The notes under the pieces were generated by a model, which searched no databases, had not been told where the DNA came from, and saw nothing but the letters and a program-made list of their open reading frames with translations. A program made the translations under genes and the position numbers. DNA of 63,000 bases, filler included, from Choristocarpus tenellus KU-1152 (lineage: Eukaryota; Protista; Phaeophyceae): NCBI GenBank assembly GCA_964200185.2. It is 9 parts of 9 records of this genome, joined end to end, with 100 filler letters (N's around TTAATTAATTAA, not from the genome) between each part and the next. Parts side by side here need not be neighbours in the genome. Positions count along the whole stretch, not along the records: positions 43,101 to 56,847 come from CAXNAD020001381.1; positions 56,948 to 59,594 come from CAXNAD020025990.1; positions 59,695 to 63,000 come from CAXNAD020020909.1; 6 more parts are not named here. One strand, written 5' to 3'. Below, piece after piece: positions 54,981 through 63,000 of this stretch; within the stretch, counting starts at the first letter, position 1; every line of letters begins with the position of its first letter.

Positions 54981-56766
54981 ATGAAGGAGCAGTCTAACAC
55001 CCACCCACCCACCCCTCACCCCTTCACGCATGCTGTAGACCTCCAAGGTGAGGTCACAGTTGTACCAGACGGAATTTGTAGGTCTGAGATAGAAGAGGCA
55101 GAGGCTGGGAGACCAGAACTGCAGTATTGGTCCCCATTCGTGCATGTTCCTGTTCAAGCAGACCTTGCAAGGATGAGTCAACAACCTGTACCCAATGACA
55201 TCAGCGCATCTGTCTTTGAGGAGGTAGAAACCCAGAATCCAGTGCTGAATCGTGAGTCTCCACCTGTGGATACCCCTGTTCTGGGACCCTTGGAAAAGAC
55301 AAACCAAGACCATCAGGGGGTGGACGAGAAGGACGTGGCAACCCTGCCATCGAACGACGCCTCAACTTCCCCTCTCTTGAAGTCAGCTTTACGATATGAC
55401 ATGACCAAGACTGAGCATTTAAAAAGGGTCTTAGGACTTAGGTGAGGTGTATCGTCCTTGGGACTTGGCCTCTTGCCGAGGATTAGTCCCAACTGTTTCC
55501 ACGCCCCCCCCATCCCTAAAACACATCAGTCAATACTCAAAACCAGGCATGAAAGGTGCGCACCAAGACATCCCAGAGGGTGCTTCAAACCTTTTTTGCT
55601 TCATGAACCTTCACACATGCAAATTGATGGTCTAGTAGAGGAAAGCTTGTGCCTGGTACGCATTGGAGACTGTGCCAATTATAGACCCATTGTTGCAATT
55701 GTCTAGTCTAGCATAGGTGGAGGGGAGGTGTCGAAGTGTGTTATTCTGTATAACATCGAAACACTAGCATGTTGCGACTGGACCCTACACTCTTTCAAGA
55801 AGTCTTCTTTCCTACATGTGTAATGACAAGGAGCAAAATGCAACAGGGGATACATTTTCCAAAATTTATTCTTGAGGTTGATTCTTGAAATCCTGTGCCA
55901 CATATGGTATACATTCTAATCTAAACATTGAAGCGGCTACTCCCACTCTGACTTCATCTTCTGTTCCATCCACTGCCCAGCTTGGGCAATGGTGAGAGGG
56001 GTATCAATGAAGAGCTTGCTGGTGGCTGGTCTGTTGGGGTTACTGTATCCAAGGAGTCAGAGGGTGATGGGGGCGAAAAGGAGACTCTTGTGAGTGCCCC
56101 TTGCAGACTGGTAGACCAGCAAGATAGACAAAAGGATGTTGTCATTATTGGTTTAGTGTGAACGATTTTGTAGATGGTTGTGCGTATGTGATGGGCACAA
56201 ACAGTTTTTGCCAACATGCAAGATGTTTTCATGTTTATGACACCTAAGTAGGAAATCGATCCTCTCCATCTCCTAACCACATACGGATCCCTCTAATGAC
56301 GCACACATCAAGTCACATAACTACTGTACTATCTGGTCTTGATTTTCGTGGTCATGCTCAGCACTTGTGCCACGAAACGTTCTGTGAGGGTCAGGGAACT
56401 AAATTTGAAACTCTTTCTTCAAGTATCATTCTCGAGTGAATGATCACAAGCATGAGGAATTCACAGGATGTACTTGAACGTTGAAGGTTGGTCAGAACTA
56501 GATGGATTGCTTGCAATGTCAGTGACCCTGTCTGTCTGTGCAGATGTTCTGTCTCGTGAACAGGTCTGCCTTGAGAATTCAAACTACTTCGGCATCTTTG
56601 GTGCAGGTCCTCAACCCTCCACCCACCCCACTCTTTTCCTTTGACACAATCCCCTCAAATTTGGTGCTATGCCGTGTCACCAATCTATACGGCTCCCATC
56701 TGGTGTGGCCACTGACTCACAGATTGGGGTCAGGGGGTCAAAGGGCGAGGAGCGCACTCTCTCCCA
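54981..56766 (+). CDS. Exons of an unknown gene (possibly the same gene as 51138)
   Basis: An exon ending at 55441 (phase 2) splices in frame to 55981-56089 and then to 56607 onward. The product is acidic, Pro-rich and disorder-like. Confidence 0.55.
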
Positions 56767-57137
56767 GGTGCAGAATGAGCTGCATCTATTGCTGTCCTTG
56801 CCCCTTTCCTCACTGTGTTGTCACTTGATGTAAGGGGGATGGGGGGGNNNNNNNNNNNNNNNNNNNNNNNNNNNNNNNNNNNNNNNNNNNNTTAATTAAT
56901 TAANNNNNNNNNNNNNNNNNNNNNNNNNNNNNNNNNNNNNNNNNNNNGGGGGGGGGACTGTTGACAAATTGATGGTTTCAATGTGCACTCTTCAGTGTAC
57001 AGAACCTGTGCCTGGGGAGGTTGTTAGAAGGAGGCAAAAAGTTTACCTTAAGCATTGCCGTAGCCTGTATCTCCTAACCCACACACATTGGCCACATAAC
57101 TTCATTCACATATGCCCGACTCTCCTCCCACCCTCAC

Positions 57138-59514
57138 CTCCTTTTGTTGCCGCTTGATCTCAGCCAATCTACGCCCAAGGGCCTGCAGATCATTGGTTGA
57201 GGAAGCACCCAGGGTCTTGGCCACTGACACCAGCTCCTTGAGCAGGGTTAAGTTGTTGGCTGGGACTCGAGAGAGATTGCTCACCACATTCCCCACACGC
57301 TGAAGTTGAAAACGCCAGCACATTGAAAGGGGTGCACGTGTGGGGGGCAGGTGAGAGGGAAAGGAGATTCTGCTGAAGGGGGAGTAAACAAAGAGAGGAT
57401 ATTCTTACTCTGATTACAGAGTATGAGGTGAGGTGTATGTGCGTGTAAAAGGAAGCAGCAGCGAATGAAGAGACTTCAGCAACCAAGTAGCCTTTTGCAG
57501 TGTATGAAACAAGCCCCCTCTACCTAGAAATAAAAATGAAATGGAGGATGCCCACCACCCTTAAAACTAACCAGAAAGGCATTATCGCTGCAGGTCTCCA
57601 GCCTCAGCACAGAACACACCAGGTGAAGACGCTCTGGGGTCACTACTGGCTGGGGGATAGGTACCCAATCATGCTTGCTTTGAGCCTCTCGACTGTCTCC
57701 CCTGCCACCCTCCTGCCCAGCCTGGGCCCCACTACCGCCATCAGGACCGGCAACAGCAGCGGCGGCAGCAGCAGAGGGCAAGGCACTGTCTTCTCCAGTT
57801 TTAGCCTCTTCACTTCCAGCCATCATCATGGTGTCCTCACTTTCTCCTTTGGACTCGGCCACAGAAGGCTCTTGTTGACGCTGCAGTAACGTATTTCAAG
57901 ACGTATGTTGTGTGTGCATGCGCATGTGTGTGCCAGGTATCCGAGCATTGGGGTGGGGGGAGATATATTGAGGACATGTACCACCAGTAAAACAGGTCCT
58001 ACTTGCTGGCATCAAGGGAATAGTAGTGCAAACTATCACCTACACTAGTTTCAACAAGCATGGAGAAACGACTTACTGGTAGAGCTCCAAATGATACTGT
58101 TGTGCTATACACAAAATGATTACAATATCATACGGGTAGACCTCAAATCTACAACATAATATTTCTTGGTTGGGCTTGGCTACCATGTTGAGTGCATGGA
58201 GAAGGTCCACCACATAACCAATCAAGACCTGCAAAACTAAACAAATGAAAAACGCGGCCCAGATATTCAGGGGGTCCTTGCCTTCAGATTGCATAGCGGG
58301 CTAACGACGGCCTCTATTAGCTGTAGCAGTTCATCCAAGTTAGAAGCGCTCATGGTGTACAATGGACGTCCAAGGAGGTCAATCAACTGCTCTAGAAGAA
58401 CTCCTCTTGCTGGTGCACCTGTGAAGGTCCCTGATTCTACCTCAGGATGGAACCCAACCCCTGATCTTGCCAGGGCCCTCCTTTCTATCACAGCTCTCAT
58501 AGAGATATCAGTGGCCATTTGGTCTGTGGATGAAACCAAGACATGGGATGTGATGGTGAGGCAAATAAAGACATCGACACACTTATTGGAGAGTAGTGTG
58601 TAGGATGACTGGTGGGAGGTTTTGATTGCCCCAATAGACTTGGTGCACAGCAAGCCAGCATTCAAGTCCGACAGCACAAAATTGCACAGACTTAGAGATT
58701 CAGATATGAAAAAATGATTCAGCATAAGAAGACACGGGTGTTTGTCAAGGGAGCTGACCTTCAATATCCATTGCATCTGAACTGGCCCCCTCTCCTCGCC
58801 CCTTACCCTTTCCTCGCTGAGCCTTCCCCTTGCCTTTCCCTTTGCTAGACTTGCTCCCAACCCTTGTTGGAGAGTCAACACCTCTTTGCTGAGAAGAGGA
58901 GGGTAGTGGCACACTAGCCTCTGCAGGTCCAACTGTGAGCAATGTGTGTGTCACCCGAGAGTTGCTCTTGCAGAGGTACCAGAGGAGGTCCAGCACTCGG
59001 CGAGCCACAACAGGGTGAACCTTAGGCAGACAAAGAACAGTTAGAGAGAGGTTATAAGAGGGGTGAGTGCATGGTGAAAGGGCAGGTGACAACCTTGTAA
59101 CATTGCTGGCATTTATCCTACTTGCGTGCTTGTAAATACCCAAGTTCTAATAATTCGAGTCTTCTGGAGGTATTTCCTGTAAGTAACTTTGAAGTGCTAC
59201 ATTATGTCCACACCACTCCTAGTACATAAATGTAAAAATGAATAAGTTACGACTTTACAAATCAAGCAACAATTGATCACAGAACAGATCACACTACCAT
59301 CAAACACCACCACAAAGGTGACAAACAGTTCATTACCCCTATCAGAAAATCTCAACTGTGTGTTTTCTCACTTCATTAGCACTCCCACTATCAAACATTG
59401 GCTGGGCAGCACTGTCAGTCGCTGGGCCCAACAAGCCATCAATAAATGAGCCATCACCAAGCTCAATGTCATCAATGCCATCAAATTCATCACCACCACC
59501 CCTTGCACCACTGT

Positions 59515-59549
<35 letters not shown>

Positions 59550-59594
59550 TTCCGCCCCCCCCCCCCCCCCACCCCCCTCTTGCTCCGCCTTCCC
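57138..59594 (-). CDS. HUWE1/Tom1/UPL1-type HECT E3 ubiquitin ligase, internal segment upstream of the HECT domain
   Basis: Exons 59594-59372, 59020-58759, 58523-58282, 57880-57572 and 57299-57138 are in phase. The motifs PVVARRVLDLLWYLCK, LIDLLGRPLYTMSASNLDELLQLIEAV and LCSVLRLETCSDNAF-like text resemble conserved UPL1/Tom1 blocks. Confidence 0.82.
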
Positions 59595-59694
59595 NNNNNN
59601 NNNNNNNNNNNNNNNNNNNNNNNNNNNNNNNNNNNNNNTTAATTAATTAANNNNNNNNNNNNNNNNNNNNNNNNNNNNNNNNNNNNNNNNNNNN

Positions 59695-59870
59695 TTTGTT
59701 AGGAAGTGTCAATATCCTTGTTCCGGACACACCTTTTCATTACATATACATTTTACCTACTCCGAAATATTTTGGAGTAGGAAAATGTCGTAAAAACACC
59801 CGAGAGAAGCCAGCCAAATCCCAAATGGACAAACAGGTCAAAACCCGTACCCTCTAAGATACTTTCACTC
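59695..59870 (+). mobile_element. MITE family A, 3' two-thirds (contig start)
   Basis: Matches the internal sequence and right TIR of 15990-16247. Confidence 0.92.
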
Positions 59871-60172
59871 GGAACCTGTTCCTTCCGAGGGCCCATCTGT
59901 CCAAGAATTCAGACAGCTCATGGCGACGGTAGTGGAGTTGTCAAGAATCGTTGGCAATCTCATGGTTCAGTTTGAACCAGCGAGATTGCTTGGTGTCTGT
60001 AGAGTGATTAAAGTTAAGTGGGGCATGCAAAACCCCATAAAATCATAAATATTTCCTTCTATGTGAGAATTTTTCTCATACAACTAGTCACTAGTAAAAG
60101 GTTCTTATAGCTCAACCACTAATTGATTGTTCCTTTACTCCATACATATTTTATCGTAACTGTCCAATAGAG

Positions 60173-61335
60173 TTGGAAGAGTCTAATCGAACACCTGCCC
60201 TCGCAGCGGAGTTTGGAGTGTCCGAGCGTTGCATGCGAGGTCTCTGGGAGGATGTCACCGATCAACTCGCCTGTGGCCACACGCCTGACCCAGGGGTGAC
60301 GGAACGTAGTGGGCGGCCTTCGGAGCTCGCACCAACCAAGATGGCCGCAATATATAGTATCAACTCCAATAATCCGTCATCCACAGTGCCTCAGGTGACA
60401 ATGAAGATGGCCGCCAAGGGGCTGAATTATAGTACGAGCACCATAAACAGGTGGTTGGTTGGATGATATGGGGGCCATGTTGAATCCCCGCTGGATCAAA
60501 GCCAAGCTTAAATCGTGGCAAGAGGTATGGAGAATGGACTTTGTTTCCGATCAAGTAAACCGGAAACGTGGTTTATACGCCTCCATGGCGAACACGATTC
60601 ATGTGGCTGAAACCTGGTTTTACGTGATGGCTGATGGGCAAAGGGTTAGGGTATTTCCGCATGAGGATGACAGTGACTTTCCAGAGTCCCCTACTGTGCA
60701 GCACAAGAGTCATATCCCCAAAACCATGATCATTGCAGCCAACGCCCACCCAGATTCATCTCACAGCTTTGATGGAAAGCTTGATGTTTGGCGTGTGTGT
60801 GTCCACCAAAAACAGCAGACAGGACAAGCAAGAACCATAAAAGGGGGACGTGTATGAGCAGGACTGTACTTTAGATCATTTGCAGCACAGGAAGCGGTAC
60901 ACGGAGGATTTACTGCCTGTTTATCAAGACCAAGATGCCTTGGTTGCAGGGGAAGCATGTTGTCGTTCAGCAAGGCGGTGCCACCCCCCACACGGGCAAG
61001 GGCAAGTTAGAAATCTTGTCAGGGGCAGAGAAGACTGAGGGGTTGTCGATTAGGCTTGTGACGTAGCCATCTAACTCCCTCGACCTCAATATCATGGACC
61101 TGTGCTTCTTCAGGCCTTTGAAATGCCAGGTGATGGGGGAGCAGTTTGGGTCCGTTGAGGAGGTGGTGAACGTCATTAAGAAACAGTCTGAGGGTATGAT
61201 GAAACCAAACTTTAGAGGGCTAGGCAGCTCCTTTTGTGGTGTACAATCAAATAGTTAGATACAAAGGGGGGGATAACTTCAGTGTGGAGCACACAGGGGT
61301 AAGGAAGAGGCAGTTGTCTGGTGAGCTTGAAAACA
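60173..61335 (+). pseudogene. Second plant-type mariner transposase pseudogene (different family)
   Basis: HVAETWFY, QHKSHIPKTM, FDGKLDVW, QQGGATPH, PSNSLDLNIMDLCFF and GGDNFSVEH. The catalytic Asp residues are mutated, with frameshifts and a stop. TIRs were not found. Confidence 0.88.
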
Positions 61336-61452
61336 CGCCGAAGGTAGACAGACATGGGGGATTTTTCTGTGGCTGAAGAAATTGTGATGGATGGGGAGTA
61401 ATAATAATAAAAAGAGCTGACCCTAACCAGAAATTCGTCAAGGATTCCAAAT

Positions 61453-61709
61453 GAGTGAAAGTATCTTAGAGGGTACGAGTTTTGCCCTTTTTGTCCATTT
61501 GGGGCTTGACTTCCCTTAGGGTTTTTATGACATTTTCCCACTCCAAAGTATTGTGGAGTAGGTAAATTGTATACGTTAAGAAAAGGTGTGTCCAGAACAA
61601 GGATATCGACACCTCCTAACAAACACGATAGCCAAAATCACATCAAGATCGCAATATTGGATTTTGGACCCCAAAGGACGCGGCTCTACCCTCTAAGATA
61701 CTTAGGCTC
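61453..61709 (-). mobile_element. MITE family A (inverted), TSD AAAT
   Basis: GAGTGAAAGTATCTTAGAGGGTA...TACCCTCTAAGATACTTAGGCTC, flanked by AAAT on both sides. Confidence 0.95.
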
Positions 61710-62013
61710 AAATTCTCGTTCAGAAATTATTTTCATCAACATCTTCAAAAGTTATGGAGAACGTGGCACAGACTTATGGCACAGAGGTAGTACTATTTTA
61801 CTACTGGCTATGCTACACTGCTGCCCTCCTGTGACTCCAACCTAGCTTAGTCCTGCACCACAGGGTGGAGAGCTAGGGAAGCATCCCAAGAATCCAACAA
61901 GCTATAGTTATGATATAATATTGGCCATGTATGGTAGTATAATGATAGTATTAGTTAATGATGGCGGTATAAATAAATCCTGTGTTGATTGACTAGCATC
62001 CACAGTATGGTGA

Positions 62014-62132
62014 GAGTCAAAGTATCTTAGAGGGTAGAGCCGCGTCCGTTTGGGGACCAACATCCCATGCTGCGATTTTGTTCTAATTTTGGCTATCGTG
62101 TTTGTTAGGAAGTGTCAATATCCTTGTTCGGG
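62014..62132 (+). mobile_element. MITE family A, truncated 5' half
   Basis: GAGTCAAAGTATCTTAGAGGGTAGAGCCGCG...AGGAAGTGTCAATATCCTTGTTC, then the sequence diverges. Confidence 0.9.
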
Positions 62133-63000
62133 ATCACACAGAGGAGTGCGACAACAGTAGTGAAGCGTGATAGAGACGACGTTTCGTGAGCCACTAATCA
62201 CAACTAGTGTACAACAAGAAGTTGTAGGAACAGTGTCAGATTGCTGATTGCGTTATTTTGGAGAGGACTGCCATGCACTCACACACAACAACATTATTAT
62301 ATCTCGCCTCGCTCTCCATCATCACAAAGGAATACACGTATGATTGAGACCAGAGATTACTGCCACCGCTGCACATCAATTCACCAAACATTACTCACGA
62401 AAGGCTGCAGGCTACCACAAATGTTAACATCCAATAATACCATTGCCCCAACAAACAAATGTGAAAAACAGCGAGCATTTGTACAGATGATCCCAGGATC
62501 CTGTGTGACCAATCATCGTTCTTGACTGTGATCAACACAAAAAATGCGATGAAGTCTGTTCTTGGATGTGAATGTGGAAGAATTGGGATACCCAATGCTC
62601 CTTCTCCTGCAGAGGGTGTGACTTGAGGGCTCACCGTCTTTATTCGAAGGTGTGGGCAAGTCCCTTGAGTTTGATATCACCTTCTCTCTCCACCATGTCC
62701 TCCTACCTGCTCACCTGTTGAACTATCCCACACTGGACCCGCGGCTTTTATGGTGCTTTAATGAAGGACAAAGAACAGCTTGATGTAGATGAACAATGTT
62801 AGTATTACAAGGGGCTAGTGGTATTTGTGGTCACGATTCCGCTGACTGAGAAGGTGGGTAAGACCAGTGCAGCCTACCATGTGGGATTTGCAACGTCCAC
62901 TTGGATAATCAGAAAATAATCATATCTACTTATCATACGTGCCATACATGATATATGAACTGATGATCAAGTATCAGGTCCCTACCATACATGAACTACC

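Noticed and set aside
12216-59694. Recurring TTAATTAATTAA palindrome as a biological repeat or site
   Set aside because: It is always centred in exactly 44+44 Ns, so it is an artificial six-frame-stop linker.
15411-61066. Repeated CAG>TAG nonsense changes in both mariners as a sign of methylation/RIP or a TAG=Gln code
   Set aside because: There are only four cases, C>T is the commonest route to stops, the elements also have frameshifts, and the host exons contain no in-frame TAG.
1-63000. Functional gene cluster (catalase + kinase + E3 ligase + TEs)
   Set aside because: The genes lie on separate concatenated contigs, with no evidence of physical linkage.

Overview
This is eukaryotic, intron-rich DNA (0.3-2 kb GT-AG introns, interstitial TTAGGG). 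A brown-alga-like stramenopile is my inference, not a demonstrated fact. The window is not one locus: it is nine contigs joined by eight identical artificial 100-bp linkers (N44-TTAATTAATTAA-N44), so adjacency across them means nothing, and most ORFs in the supplied track are spurious. Hand-spliced, phase-consistent partial genes are: the 3' eight exons of a monofunctional heme catalase ending in PTS1-like -SNL (1217-11771); the ARM-like C-terminal region of a Cdc7/SepH/MAP3K-epsilon-type kinase (21863-24189); a >1000-aa protein of unknown function (32913-39044); a HUWE1/Tom1/UPL1-type E3 ligase segment (57138-59594, minus); IQ-motif exons; and a gene with a 14-aa coiled-coil repeat. The most striking non-genic signal is a DNA-transposon system. 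There are 14 copies of three short MITE families that share the terminal core G-N3-(C/G/T)AAAGTATCT; family A has GAG...CTC ends and perfect 4-bp TSDs. Two decayed Sola-like transposases (one with introns) and two plant-type mariner pseudogenes with non-canonical D-D spacing are also present; one mariner is part of a nested insertion. All family assignments come from motif recognition by eye; no database search was run.
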